Source: Gekko japonicus (Eukaryota). From it: a DNA stretch of 64,000 nt. Below, piece after piece: positions 36,270 through 50,457 of this stretch (the stretch's first letter is position 1; each line of letters opens with the position of its first letter). The notes beneath the pieces were generated by a model. That model was not told the DNA's origin, made no database searches, and saw only the letters and a list, made by a program, of their open reading frames with translations. Position numbers and translations under genes: made by a program. Location of the stretch: assembly GCF_001447785.1 (NCBI RefSeq), contig NW_015174274.1:1067440-1131439 (forward strand), written 5' to 3'.

Positions 36270-39200
36270 TATATGTGTCAGCTATATGTCTCAAACTGAC
36301 TTTTATCGTGATGTTCTCTCTTAGAATTTTTTTCTCCAGGATTGCTTCTGTGGAAGGTTCTAAGGACTGGCATATCAGAATGGATGGGGAAGACCTTCAC
36401 TTGCTGCTTTTAGGAAGGCAGTATATTTCATTTGGTAGTGGTGGGGTAATCTTTTTTGGAACATTCAACGACATTTTTTAATCTGTGCATTTTTAACCTC
36501 TGTGCTGTTTTTATCTGGTTAATCGACAATTCTGTTGTTTCATGTCGTGGGAAATTGTGGTTGCATCATTAATCACCTTGAGTCTAAGGAGATCAAGTGG
36601 GACATAAGTATTCTAAATGAGTAAAGGAATAATTTCCCACCACATGCTGGCAACTCAGTGATTCTCAGATCTGGAAAGTTTACAGACCACTGCCCTAATG
36701 CACTGTATATAGCCATCAATTATGACAGAGGGAAAATCCCTAATAACTGGCACAATGCTTTTAATAATTAAAATGTCAAGCAAAATGTCTGGGAGAGGGG
36801 AAGAACCACATTGTCTTAAAGCTCTGTGCTCTGGTTTATTTGGGGGTGTTTGTTTGTTTGTTTGTTTGACAGCACCTGTATGGTTATCAGATAAACATTT
36901 TGTCTGTATTTTATTTTATATTTCTCTCCTTTATTTTCATTTTGAAATGAACTGGGAAAGGCTGCTGCTACAGCTGCTTTGTAACCATTTTGCACCAGTT
37001 TTGAAGAAAGGGAAGTGGCTTTATGGCAGGCATGAAGGCTGGTGAATCAGATCTACTACACAAGTCTGGCAATGGGCAAAGTCATTTTCCCCTGTGCAAA
37101 AAACAGAGAAGAATATTTAATAAGGAAAATGGCTTTGCCCATTGCTTTTCTGAAAGCAAAAAAAAATCACAACTATTTTTCTTCACAGGAGAAGTAAATC
37201 ATTAAAAGATCAGAGAGTAGAAGAAAAACTGAAGATGTTTATTTTCTGAAGTAGGAATAAGCAGGTGTCAGCATCAGGAAACAGATTTGTTTTGTTCTGC
37301 TTACTGTAGAGGACAGATTATGGCTAGAGCAGTTAGGGAAAACTGAAATACATGCAATACTGACTTTCCTATCAAATTCAAACTTCCTTTAGTAGTTGAA
37401 AAACATAAAATGCATCATTTATAACTTATTTAGCATATACAATTGTACTATTTGATATATTTATGGAATTTAAAATATAAATATATTCATATTCTATAAG
37501 AAATGTGCAAGTATATCAAATACTTGAGAAAGAGTCGCAAACTGCTTTATTCTATGCTACCATAGCACATGTATCTTTGAATTTTGCCATTTGAGAGGTA
37601 AGAAAAAATAAAAGGTAAAAGTTTTGGAGTAAACAAAAGAAAGTCTATTATTTGGACAGAAACTCTCATCGAGTCACAACAGACAGGATGGCCAGCATAT
37701 CTGGATATTAACTTTGAAAACACTGAATTCTTTAATCATGTATTATTATTAAACACAGCTTATTAACTCTTGCCAAGATACATTTAAACAAAAATCCTGA
37801 AAATATTATATATGTCTACTGTATAAAGTTCTTTTTTATTGCTTCCCAAAATTTCTCAATTTGTACACTGGAAATTTTGAAAAAGTTTTCAAACTTTTTT
37901 TCATGCTGTACATTTGGAATGAGTGAAATGCTTTGTAAGACAAGGTTTTTCTCATTCAAAAAGAGGGCATATTTCATAGCAGGTTTTTTCCAGTGTGCCT
38001 GAAAATTTTCCATTGAAAAAATTGAAAAAGTCCTCAAACATTTTCATGCTATACATTTTGAGGGTGTAAGACTTTGCCTTAAGGAGTGTTTTATTCATTC
38101 TAAAAGAGAAAATATCACATAGGAGTTTATTTTCAGTGTTCCCACAAATTTTCCAAATTTTCCACGAGAAAAAAAAAGACCTCAGGGGGAAAAATCCCTC
38201 ATCCCTCCCCTCAATTTTTTCTCCTGGGACCTGAATTCCTCAGATGTTTTGATTGAAGAGGAATCCCCAAATTTGCTTCCAAATCCACTTTAAACAAAAT
38301 CCAGTCCTCTCCCAAGAAATTTTTGGCTGCATTTTGAATCCTTCAAAGATTCTTCACAGCTTGAGAAGAGCCCCCAAATTTGTACAAATTTCATTTTGTG
38401 CCTAAGTTCAGTGACAACTATTGTTGATATTTTTCTAGCCGACTCTGCACTTCCAGTTTGCATCTTTTATTTTATTCTACTCTGCTACTGATGGCAACAT
38501 GCCAAACAGACACTCCTGAGATTATTTAAAAAGCAGTTTAATCCAGACATTTTCCTCCAATATATAAATATCTCCTAGTCTAACAAAATGCTAAAGTGCA
38601 GGAACTGAATATTATGGCTTGGGTCCTAATCATGATTTCTCACCAGATGTGAATACCCCATTGGGGAACATGAGATCATCCACAGAGGAAACTGTTGATT
38701 AAATCAAGTACCATGTGAGGTACATCCCCATCATCTAACTATTGTTAAACCATTCCAAAATGAGTGTCCCAGGACCATATCCAAAATCAACCAAAAAGAG
38801 GGTGGATAATTTTTGTTTGAAGCCTGAATCTGATTAGAAATGTTAAAGTGTAAAAATCCACTGCATCTGATTTAGCCATTAAAATTGCTACATACTGCCC
38901 AGTAAGAGATGTCACAGTGATGGACTCAGTGATGACACATCGAATAGCTGATTAACAGAAGTACAGAAGTACTTACACATACCACTAGAATTGTACTCTA
39001 CACTTTCTATGAATTAGGAATACTGCAACATTCAACATGAAAACAATTGCAAGAGAATATACCTTGCTCAATTCCATTAATTACACATGAGGAAAACCCT
39101 TGATTGGATCATCTCAATGGTTCTTTGTCAAATTTTGTCTTAAGCAGCTTTGAGCCTGCACAGAAGCTGCTTCTTCTACAGGGTCAGGTCACTGTAGTCT

Positions 39201-39327
39201 GTGTCCCCTTGGCTTGTCCAAGAATTTTCTCAATTTACAATTGAGAGATATATCCCTTGGAGTTATGGTTGTGTCATTAAAGTGACCTACATGTATTATA
39301 AATCAGAGACTCAGTTGCAAATCATTT

Positions 39328-39802
39328 TAGGGTTGCCAGGTCCCTCCCACATGATCTGGAAGTGATGTCATCACTTCTGGGATGTCGGAGTAACACACTG
39401 GTATCTGGGTAAAAAACTCTGTAGTAAATTTGGCTTCTACCAATGGGTCAGGTCCCTCCTGGCACCCGGTGTGGGATGAGGGGGTACTTACTGGGAAGCA
39501 ACAAGGAGGTCTAGACCTGGAAGTGATATCACTTCCAGAACATCAAGGTGACACCCTGGTATTTGGGCAAAAATTCTATGGTAAATTTGGCTTCTACCAC
39601 AGAGTTTTTGACCAAATACCAGAGTGTTGCCCTGACATCCTGGAAGTGATGATGGCACTTCCTAGTCACATGGACCATGATGGATCTCCCTCCTTCTCTG
39701 GGTGAGTCCCCCCCCCCACTGGTCAGCTGATCAATGGCAGGGAGGTGGGGCCTGGTAGTGGGGTACCCTTGCCTCCACTGGGGGGGCGGGCTGGCAACCC
39801 TA
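39328..39802. mobile_element. hAT MITE (TAGGGTTGCCA family, long type)
   Basis: TIRs intact; TSD AATCATTT/GATCATTC. Confidence 0.8.
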
Positions 39803-41169
39803 GATCATTCCCTCTTTGCACATGTGCAGTCCAATGTTTCTTTTAAATAAACAATATTGTCTAAATTAAGTTGCCTGCTTTCTGGGACCTTCCAGTCAGC
39901 CATATCTCTTCAAGAAGTGATTGCAAGAAATGACTGCCACAGAGTTTCCAGTTCTTCCCATAAGTGACATAATGCCATTGTCTGACAGTGCATGTAAATA
40001 CTGTGTGAGAGGGGAAACAAACAATGCAGTTAAGAAGCCAAGCTGAAGCAAAAACCCAGTGCAGAAAAGTTCATCTAGTATATTTTAGGTGGGGAGAAGC
40101 CCTTCTGGCTCTGAAGCATCTGAACCAAGACAAAAAACAAGGTGATTTGGAGCAAACCTGCAGAGCCAAAGCAATAGGACTTGAATGATTCAGACATTCT
40201 TTTTCACTTTGAAAAAGGAAAGAATCACTGCATAAAAATGCAAGGCGATTTTCAAGACCGTGAGAGGGTTCTCTGTGGCATTTCCTGCAGCAAGGCCTCA
40301 GCTGTGTCCAGTGGTTTGCCAGTGCAGTTCTCAAAACACAAGTGTTTGGCTTTGTCCTGAGCACAGGCCTGCCTATCAGATCAATAACAGCTCTGTTATT
40401 TTTAAAGGATAAGAAGTTTATGGTTGTGTTTCACATCCCCCTATGTAAGAGGGCCATGACTCAAACGTAAGGAATTCCAGCTGACTGCCTCTCATAAACC
40501 TTACTTTTAAAAATGAAAACAACTCCTTTGCTGGATATTGCTGCAGGAAAAAGTGGGAACAATGGACACACTGAAAGACCACGACAGAGGCTGGTTGTCC
40601 AGCTCCTGCACGCCACTTGCTCTTAGGGTTGCCAACAGACCTGGAGAAAGATGCCCCCATCCTTTAAATGGTGACTGACTAGGATGTTCTTTACCAGGTG
40701 ATGCTACATGCCTTCCATGGAAAGCTTCCCCTGCCCACTCCCACGCTTCAAGCCTCTGATAAAGGGACAGGACATTTTTTCTCCAGGTCTGTTGGGAACA
40801 CAAGTTGCTCCACACAGCACAACTGAAGGCATCTAGAATCAAGCCCTGGTTCACCATGAGCTATGAATGCAGGCATGTGGGATACTCAGCAATGCATCTG
40901 CATCGGTCCGGCAGAGGGGGAGGTGGTGTTGCTGTAGCTTGTTGGGATTCTATCCCCCAGGCTTGATGCCCTGCCCAGGACTCTGCCAGTTCTGAGAGTG
41001 TCCATCTGGTGACAGAAGTCAGGGCCAGCATCAGCATACAGCTGCGTGAGATACTTTTCAGCTTGTTCAATCTGAGGACGTGGACAAAAGTCTTGAAAGT
41101 TTAAGACCTATCACCCAGTTGAAAGTTTAAGACCTATCACCCACCTTGCCCCTCCTGGATACTGAAAAC

Positions 41170-41376
41170 CAGTGTTCCCTCTAAGCTGAGTTAGTGTGAG
41201 CTAGCTCACAGATTTTTAGCCTCCGGCTCACACATTTTTATCTTAGCTCAGGAAGGGATGGCTCCAGAGCGAACTAACTTATGCAGTAGCCAAATCACTC
41301 GCTCACAACTTTAATGCCATTAGCTCACAGAGTAGAATTTTTGCTCATGAGACTCCACAGCTTAGAGGGAACATTG
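41170..41376. mobile_element. hAT MITE (CAGTGTTCCCTCTAAG TIR)
   Basis: cagtgttccctctaagc/gcttagagggaacattg; degenerate TSD CTGAAAAC/CTTAAAAT. Confidence 0.8.
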
Positions 41377-41429
41377 CTTAAAATTGCCTAGGAGAGGGGC
41401 TAGTGGATCGTAAATGCCTCTATGAGAGA

Positions 41430-42020
41430 ATAGGTGCTTACTTCTGCATTGAGATGGGCACTGATGGACCCACTTCTGAAGATACCTACTCTGGACACAG
41501 CAGAGTTGAATAACTACTGTCCAGTCTCAAATGTACCATTCTTGAGCAAGGTGATTAAGTGAGTGTTGGCTGGGAAACTTCAGGGATTCAGGAATGAAGT
41601 GGATTGTTTGGATACATTCTGGTCTGGTTTTTGACCTGGTCATGGGTGGATGACCTGCACCTGGTCGTGGTGGATGACTTGCACCAGGAGATGGACAGGG
41701 GAGTATGACCGTATTAATTCTCCTAGACCTCTCAGCAGTTTTTGATACTGTTGATTATTTATTTATTATTTATTTTATTTTATTACATTTATACCCCCCC
41801 CCCCACGAACGGGCTCAGGGACTGCCTTCTGGACTGCCTTTCAGGTTTGGGACTAGAAGGTCAATTTCAGACTGTGGTGCTGGGGGACTGCTGCTTCACC
41901 ACTTGGCCTCTCAGATTCTACAAAATTCTATAATTACCCATGCTGTTCAACACCTGTGTAAAGGCTCTGGGAGACATCATCCAGAGATTTGGGCTGAGGT
42001 GCCACCAATATGCTCTCAGG
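41430..42020 (+). mobile_element. Degraded L2 reverse transcriptase fragment
   Basis: SNVPFLSKV and LILLDLSAVFDTVD motifs. Confidence 0.75.
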
Positions 42021-44885
42021 TGAGACCTGTAAATGACTCTGAGCCTCTTAAAGGTAAATTTCAGGTGCACAGAGGCGCAAATTGGTTAACAGCCAGGTTA
42101 AGAGGGATGTTTAATCTTTCCAATCCTCCATGGTGTTGCCCATTATTACATCTTTGTGCCACTAAAACCACAGCTGTTGACTTTCAACTCACCATTCAGG
42201 GGAAAAGGAACACAGGAACCTTGCAAAAAAAAAGAGGTAACAACACTACCCTCTAACAGTGCATTCCTAAGTAGAGTTCCACCCGTATAGGGATTTCAGT
42301 GGATTAAGAAGAGGGGAATGCTGTTTAGGATTGTACTGTTAGTTCCTCCTCTTTTTTATTTTCCTAGTGCATTTAAATAGATGATGCTGACATGGCCCGA
42401 TCTTTTATAATTTTCTCTCACACATGCAAAGTTGTAAAATAAAAATGCAGTATGTGACAGAGCAAAAATTGCAAACAATTGAAGTTCTACAGACAAATTT
42501 GTTATAATTGTCTTGCATCTCTATGTCTACGTTACTGTTACTACTACTCCAGAATAGAAGGGATAGATCCCTCTTGAAAATTCTGGGAATTTTACGGGTG
42601 GGATGCCAGTAGAGGCAGCTAGGAACTATGAAGCAACAGGCACAAAGTTTCATTCAGTAGCTGGGACCCAATGAAAGGAAGAAAAATCAGATCTTGGGTC
42701 CTGCAGTGTTTGCAACAGAACTATTCCTTGATCCAGCCCATTATTTCAGAATGTCTGGACTGAGTCCATTCAGTAATGCGTTCCAAATTTTGTACTGGTT
42801 TGGCAGGACAAAGGGTACTCTGAGAAGAATGAGCCAGGGATTGTTTTGCTGTATAGATCTATAGGGCTAGAGACATGCAATTCTGCCGCTGGTTTGGCAT
42901 TTGAAGCATCAAGGCTCTTATTGCTGAGATTCATGAAGACTTATTTCTCAGGACCCGCTTGCAAACACAAAAAATGGGACCAACTGAATTACATACATTG
43001 ATCCTTGACAGTTGCACAGTTGTATTTAACAGCCTTCCTGAAGCACAAAAAGAGTCACATTGCTGTGAGTGGGCAGGGTGTGGCAGCTGAGGAAATATGC
43101 AACTAAAAATAAACGATTAGTCATTGAGGCTCTGCAAGCCTAGGAGAAACCCCATCCTATGGTGGCATCTTGAAGCAGTTAGTCATCTGAGGGTTATTGT
43201 AATTAGAGGCTGTCTCGCTCTTTCACCATTTTCATTACTAGCATGGTTTCTAGTTCTGCTTTCAGCCTGCCTGATCTAAAACTTCTTAACCATTTCAGGA
43301 TCTGAAGCATGTGTACTGTTTTGTGTCAAATCCTACAGGTACCTTTGCTTTTAGGAGCATCAGACTCCACAAAGCAGGCCTCAACTTGTCAATCAGTTGG
43401 CTGATTTGCCCAGAATCTTGATTAGGGTTGCCAGGTCCTTCCTCGTCGCCAGTGGGGGGACTTTGGGGGGTGTTCCTGGAGGGGGCATGGACATCCCCAA
43501 AATGATGACATCATACAGAAGTGACATCATCACACTGGGGATCAGCACCCTGCACACCTGAGCTCCAAGCTGCAAATTCGCCAGTGGAGTTCAGGTCCCA
43601 CCCCCCACCCCCACTTCTTGCAAGAAGTAGGGGTGGTGTGGGCCTGAACACCAAACAACGAATTCACTGCTAGAGTTCAGGCATGCCCCCCCCCCCCACT
43701 TAGAAGGGCCCTCTAGAGTGGTACCTTCAACACATCTCCAACAATCCCCCTATCTACTAGCCCAGTCCTGCTGTATACCACTTAGGTCATGGTGAATCTT
43801 TCAAAAGCACCCCCATGAGCCTTTGGGGAACATGCAAATTAAGGGGGGATGATTGGGAAACTGCTGAAGGTATCATGAAGGGGCATGAACATTTTAATAC
43901 ACAAACACACACACACAATGCAGGTACCTATCCTTTTCTCCACCTGGGTTTAATATATGGGAGGGTTGTGATAACGTAAATGACATGAAGAAAGATCGAC
44001 ACCCACTTTCCTTGTACTATGGCACCAGTCCATATTAGCCCTCTCACATTACTGGGTTTTTTTGCAAATTAATTACATGTCAGGAACCCTGAGTGTCCCT
44101 AAAATGGCTTAAGCTTGTCACAAGATGGAGGTGGTAAAAACAAGTCTGAAAGGTGAAATTATAGGTCCAAATATGGTCTGAGGCCTAGTGAATTCACACT
44201 TATCAGTTGAAGGACTTGGGAGTTATTGCCTGCCTCTACAAACTGTTGTTTAGCACACTTCAAATAATTACACTGCTTCTCTTTACTAACTGAACTAAAT
44301 ATCTGAGGTTTTTAAAATCAGAATTGTGTTTCATTATGGTCAGTGCCTCTTGAGGATTCTTTGCAAAAATCCAGTGATGAAATTAGTTTTTGGCAAAATT
44401 GCCCCTGCTCTTTGAACTTTAATTATTACAGAGCATTATCCTGATGGAGAAATTAGTCCCTTTACAATGTCAAGTTGTTTTTATTTCATAGCTCAAAAGC
44501 TATGAACAAAAGGACCGCTTTATTTTTGTGTATTTTAAAGCTGTAAGAAATATATAAAGTGTAAAGGGAAATAAAAATATCCATAGATTTTGGGACCTGT
44601 GTTGGGGGACCATGACTGGCCACCGTTTTGAGACACACATTTTTTTCTTCACATTCTATGTACTTGTCGTATTATGTGTTTCATGCACCTAAACTGACAT
44701 GTGCCCATCCTGGGCTTTTGCAAGAAGTGTGAAGTGAAATGGCTTATAGCTTCCTGGGCTTGTATCACAGCTTTCCCTTTTCATAAATCATGGTGGGAGG
44801 CAGAGTTCCAAGTTGACTCACTCTTGCTCACTTTTTGCTATTCAGCTCTTACACTACGTAGCAACAAGGAAATCATTTGTCATAC

Positions 44886-45073
44886 CTTTATATTGTCACG
44901 TTCACAGTTTGCGCCTCCTTCCACACTCAGTGCTGTAAAGCTATAGTTGAGGGTGTTACCAGAAGTTGCTTGGATGGTCCAGTTGCAGTAAGCACTTGCA
45001 GGATACTTACTGGGATAGTTTAAACTCTCCAGGATGCCCCAGCTACGGTTAGCTATTACAACTCCTTGGCAAA
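44886..45073 (-). CDS. CUBN: CUBN exon (~27), CUB8 N-half: (I)CQGVVIANRSWGILESLNYPSKYPASAYCNWTIQATSGNTLNYSFTALSVEGGANCERDNIK
   Basis: ttccccag| ... |gtatga; 188 bp; the Pro equivalent to human P1297 (YP) is retained. Confidence 0.95.
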
Positions 45074-45347
45074 CTGGGGAAAAGAAAACAACATCCCCAG
45101 TTATAATGTTGTGGGGCTCAACTGTATCACAGTGAATCTGTAGTTTCATATTGTACTCAACTTAAAACAGCATTTTGGAACATTAACAGAAAATGATAGA
45201 GAAGCATACACTGAATGTTGAAAGGAATATAGTTTTAAAAGGGACAGAGGCTCCCTATAAAAAGAGTAACCAAGAATGACTAAAGTTCAGCACACACTTA
45301 GGGCTGATAGTCATGTGCATGTTGAGTGCTTGATGACCACGTATCAT

Positions 45348-45556
45348 GTAGGATTGTCCAGCCTCCAAGTGGTGTCTGGAGAGCTCCTAGAATTACAGCT
45401 ATACAGATCAGTTCCCCTAGTGAAAATGGCTGCTTTGGAGGGTGGACTCTATGGCACCATAACTGTCTGAGTTCCCTTCCTTCCCCAAACCCCACCTTCC
45501 CCAAGCTCCACCCCCAAAATGTCCAGGAATTTCCCAACCCAGAGCTGGGAACTCTA
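45348..45556. mobile_element. hAT MITE (TAGGGTTGCCA family)
   Basis: Internal sequence homologous to 17385-17604; degenerate TIRs. Confidence 0.7.
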
Positions 45557-46583
45557 GTATCATGTGATCACTTAAATGTTTGAATGAGCCATCCCAGATC
45601 AAAAATCATCAGCAAGATTTCCTTGATCACACTGGAGTGAGTTCACAAATTCATCTGCAAGATGTCAATGGTAAAGTTATGAGAAATCAGGTCATGTGTT
45701 GATATTTGTGAACCAGGCCTCACACATATTTAATCCCAGTAGACTTCCAAAGGACATAAACATACTTCTGTTCTGGTATTAAGAACTGTTGACTTGATTG
45801 TGTTTTAACCCATAAAGTATTCCTCCTGCACTAATTTTATCAACTCTAACAAAAGTTCATTAGCTTTGTTATACAGAATTCACTGAGGGCTACACCTTTC
45901 TATTTGGGTCCACGTTGCCTGGGAGAAAGGTAGGTTAATAAACATTTAAAATAAATGAATACAGTTGGGGACACTCACAATACTTGCCAAGACAAAAAAA
46001 AAATTGCAACCCTCACACTGACCTTTATAATAGATTGGTGGGACAAGGGTAATTTTTGCACCGTCATGCAATATATCTAATTTATGAATTATTTCATGTA
46101 CATGAAATGGTAGATTTAAACAAGACTTCAAAAAAGATTTTGGGAAAGTAGGCTCTACTAGGTTATATTTTGATGAAAAGAAACACAAGAAAAATACTTT
46201 TGGCTCTGTGGGCACTCCAAACATACAAGCTTGATTTAACATTATCAAAATAAATCATGCACAAGAGTTTCATTTTGCCTATTACTGGGAAGTGTAGATG
46301 CAGATACTGAAGGACTTTCCCTCAAAATGGTGGAGTGGGATATTTTTGAAAGTGGACAGAACTTATAGTTCACCAACAAATTTCTACTATACACAAAGCA
46401 TGAGATGCCCCATTCCCTTCTTCCCTGTGGTAGAACAGAGCTGGTTCCACAGGTTTGGTATGGAGGCAGCCATTCATTAATGAGTCGTTGCACTTCTGTG
46501 TCTTAAATTTGTTGTGCATCTTTCTTAACAAGACATTTAAATAAATTATGCACCGTGTTTGCCTTTGTCTTAAATACCTAGCC

Positions 46584-48052
46584 CAGGGGTCCCCAACACG
46601 GTGCCCTTGGATGCCATGGTGGCTGCAGACATTTTCCCTAGTGCCCGCCAACTGTTTTTAGAAAGTGGGTGTGGCCAGATGGGGCTTTTGTCTGGCGGAT
46701 CTTTTGACTGCTACGACAGCCCAAGAATCTTAACTGTTTTTTATTTATTTTATTTATTTAGGCATTTTTACCCCGCCCTCCCTGCGAGCGGGCTCAGGGC
46801 GGCTTACAGGGGCAAAAGCCCATGCATAAAATCCAATAAAACAATAAAATCTTAGTAGTAACAATAAGAACAATAAGAACAGTAATAAAGTGCTTTCAGA
46901 CACAAGATGGTAGTGAGTGGTTATGGTGGTATCTTCAAGTCAGCCCCACTGGGGTACCACTGTCCAGTAGATTGTTCATGCCAGCCACACGTTATTAATG
47001 CCGCACAATATATGGCTGAGCTTCCCAGGGCGATCCCGGATCCTGCTGGTATTGCCACCGTTGGTGGTGGTGGCAGCGGCGGCCCCTATGTGAAAGCCTG
47101 GCGGAAGAGCTCCGTCTTACAGGCCCTGCGGAACTGCATAAGGTCCCGCAGGGCCCTGATCTCCTCCGGGAGCTCATTCCACCAGGTAGGGGCCGCCACT
47201 GAAAAGGATCTAGCCCTGGTCACAGCTAGTTTTACCTCCTGGGGACCTGGAACCACCAAACGGTTTTGGGTCCCCGACCGAAGTGCTCTTGGGGGTATAT
47301 GCGGGGAAAGGCAGTCCCTCAAGTAGGTCGGACCCTGGCCATATAGGGCTTTAAAGGTAAGTACCAGCACTTTGAAGCGGATTCGGTATGCTATTGGCAG
47401 CCAGTGCAGCGCCTTCAGCCCAGGTTGGATGTGCTCCCACTTGGGGAGGCCCATCAGCAACCTGGCCGCCGCATTCTGCACTAGCTGCAGCTTCCGGATC
47501 AGCGACAAAGGCAGCCCCATGTAGAGAGCGTTACAGTAGTCTAACCTTGAGGTGACCGTCGCATGGATCACTGTAGCCAGGTCATCGCGGTCGAGGAATG
47601 GGGCCAACTGTCGAACCTGCCTCAGATGGTAAAAAGCAGCTCTGGCAGTGGCTTCTACCTGGGCCTCCATGGTTAAGGAGGGATCCAGGAGCACTCCCAA
47701 ACTCCTAACCTCCGACGTTGGCACCAAAGGCACCATAGAGTTTTCCCTCCGACGAGCGGGGCCATGCCCCCAACGTGATTGACGTGGTTGTGTCACCTCT
47801 GGTAACGCAGCCACGCTGCGCTTCGGGGGATGGAGTTCCCCCCGGGGCCCAATTCCGTGGCGGTGGAAATCGGGCCTCCAAAGCAGGGGTTTACCCGCCA
47901 CCCGCCCCCACTTGGCAGCCCTAGCATGATCTCACTTCCTGACATTTTGTGGTTGGCTCTGCCTTTTGCAAGAGCCATTTTGTGGCTGTACCCACCTCCC
48001 TGGGTCAGAATTCCAAAGATGCTCACAGGCTGAAAAAGGCTGGGGACCCCTG
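46584..48052. mobile_element. hAT MITE (CAGGGGTCCCCAA TIR) hosting an L2 plus MITE-fragment composite
   Basis: caggggtcccc/ggggacccctg; TSD ACCTAGCC/ACCTGGTC; homologous to 58092-58788. Confidence 0.75.
46737..47736 (-). mobile_element. L2 LINE, 5'-truncated (ORF2 C-terminus intact)
   Basis: TSRLDYCNALYMGLP..LQLVQNAAARLL..LHWLPIAYRIRFK; 3' UTR and (TAAA)n tail at the left end. Confidence 0.92.
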
Positions 48053-48602
48053 ACCTGGTCGGACAGCTGGTAGGGCTGGACCTTAAGAGGGTTACACCTT
48101 CACCTTAAACTGAGTCACACTAGCAGCACTGCCCTCATTTTCTTCTTTTTGTTTTGTTTTGTTTAGAATGCTTAATAAAGACAGTGAGATGGAAGCAAAG
48201 GAGAGACACAGCAAAAGAAAAGATGGGCGCACAGCAGGCTATCAGAAGTGTGCCCCATGCTATGAATTAGGATTAAAGCTGTGTCTGAGATCTGGAAAAG
48301 TCTCGTAAATTTTGTGGTTTGGAATGAACATGCTAAAAGAATGTGTAGAGTTTCCAAGTCATGAATTTTAAAAGCCACATACAACGTTTATGGATAACAA
48401 ATAAATCTGCATGGCTCTTGCTTCTTTAGAGTATTTTCAGAGCAATTTGTTGTACTCTAGAATTATGGTGGTAATATCTACCAAAATAGTCTCATTGGGT
48501 CCGTGCATTTTGCGACCCCTGAACTATGCCAATTTCCGACTGATGGAGGTTCTAGGAAATAGGAGGACCTCTAAAACAGGACATGACAGCATGATGTCAC
48601 AA

Positions 48603-49877
48603 TAGGGTTGCCAACTCCGAGCTGGGCAATTCCTAGAGATTTGAGGGCAGAGTCTGGGGAGGGGGAAGACCTAGGCTAGGGTGTCACCAATATGCAGATG
48701 ACACCCAGCTATATCTGTTGTTGGGCGGCCAGTCCGACTCTACCCCTGAGGACCTGGATTAGGTGTTTCAGGACGTGGTGGGCTGGCTGAGACTGAGCCG
48801 ATTGAAATTGAATCCGATGAAGACGGAAGTCCTGTGCCTAAGTCAGAGCGGGCCGAGGTTAAGGATCCCATTACCGACCTTCGATGGGGTGCTGCTGGTG
48901 CCAGCGCCGAGGGTCAGGAGTTTGGGAGTGCTCCTGGATGCCACCTTAATGGTGGAGGCCCAGGTAGCAGCCACTGCCAAGGCAGCCTTTTACCATCTAT
49001 GGCTGATTAGGCAGCTGGTTCCCTTCCTCGAATACAATGACCTGGCAATGGTGATCCACGCAATGGTCACCTCGAGATTAGACTACTGCAATGCTCTCTA
49101 CATGGGGCTGCCCTTATCCCAAATCCGGAAGCAGCAGCTGGTGCAAAATGCAGCACCCAGGCTGTTGATGGGTCTCTCTATACAAGAGCACATCACACCT
49201 GCGCTAAAGGCACTGCACTGGCTGCCAATAGCATACCGGATTCGCTTCAAGGTGCTGGTTTTGACCTTTAAAGCCCTATATGATCCGGGGCCTGCCTACC
49301 TGAGGGACCACCTTTCCCCATATGTGCCCCAGAGAGCACTGAGGTCAGGGTCGCAAAATCGCCTGACTCTCCCTGGTCCGAAGGACGCCAGACTTGCCAT
49401 CACCAGAGCCAGGGCCTTCTCAGTGGCAGCTCCATACTGGTGGAATGAGCTCTCGGAGGGCCTGTAAAACGGAGCTCTTCCACCAGGCCTTCAATTAGGA
49501 GCTGCCACTGAGGAATGAGCTACTGAGAACTGAACCATCAAGGTTCATATGCTATGCTATCGGCATTAAGACAACTGGACACTGGCCTACCTATATCGGC
49601 CCACCTAAAGCAAACGCCATCTGCGCCAATCGCACTTTATGTATATTATGGTATAAAATTTTATTGTTATGCATTTACGCATTTGTATTTTATTGTATTT
49701 TAGTCTGTGTACACCGCCTTGAGCCTGCTTGCGTACACAGCGTAATAAATAAATATAATGCCGTAGAGTCTACCCTGAAAAGCAGCCTTTTTCTCCAGAG
49801 GAACTGATCTCTTTCATCTGGGGATCAGCTGTAATTTTGGGAGATCTCCGGCCACCACCTGGAGGTTGGCAACCCTA
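48603..49877. mobile_element. hAT MITE (TAGGGTTGCCA family) interrupted by L2
   Basis: TIRs intact; TSD TGTCACAA/TGTCAGAA. Confidence 0.85.
48675..49754 (+). mobile_element. L2 LINE, 5'-truncated, includes the RT YADD motif
   Basis: CHQYADDTQLYL at 48682, in-frame TAG at 48760, then ORF 48763..49467 with SRLDYCN; (TAAA)n tail. Confidence 0.92.
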
Positions 49878-50457
49878 TGTCAGAACAGAGTACTGAACTT
49901 GAATGGGAAAAACTGACTTCAGATCCCAGAGACTTTGGGCCCATCACTCTTTCACTCTCAGCTCCCTCACAAGTCATGTTGCCAGCCCAGCAGTGGCACC
50001 TGGCGGGAGGTTTAGAGGCTGTGGACAAGCAAATAGGCATCATGCCAACCCCAAAAAGTCACTTCTGGGGTGAACCCAGAAGCGACCTCATTGTGTTGGC
50101 AAAACCATAAAGTTTTGGGAATATCCTAGTGCTGTGCCGACTACTGAGTGGCAGCAGGGGACTGTTTCCCATCGGTGTGGGAGACAGGGTTGTTGTGATG
50201 ATAAAATAGGATGAGCCCATGTTTGTCACCCTGAGCTCTGTGGCGAGAGGGAAGAATATTAAATTAGAATCTGCCTTCCATCCACATGTTACACTGCAGC
50301 TCAAGTCTGGTAAAAATCTGGTTCTCAGTACTTTTCCACATACAAAATTCTAATCTTAAATTCTGTGAAGGTATGGAAGGAACTTTTGCACATGAGCAGG
50401 AAATAGCGTTGTAAGAATACATGCACAGAAGTTCTATGGCACATTGCTGGTACTTAC

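Noticed and set aside
47086-49467. Long ORFs (271 aa, 234 aa) as host genes
   Set aside because: They are L2 ORF2 C-terminal remnants, 5'-truncated and partly chimeric.
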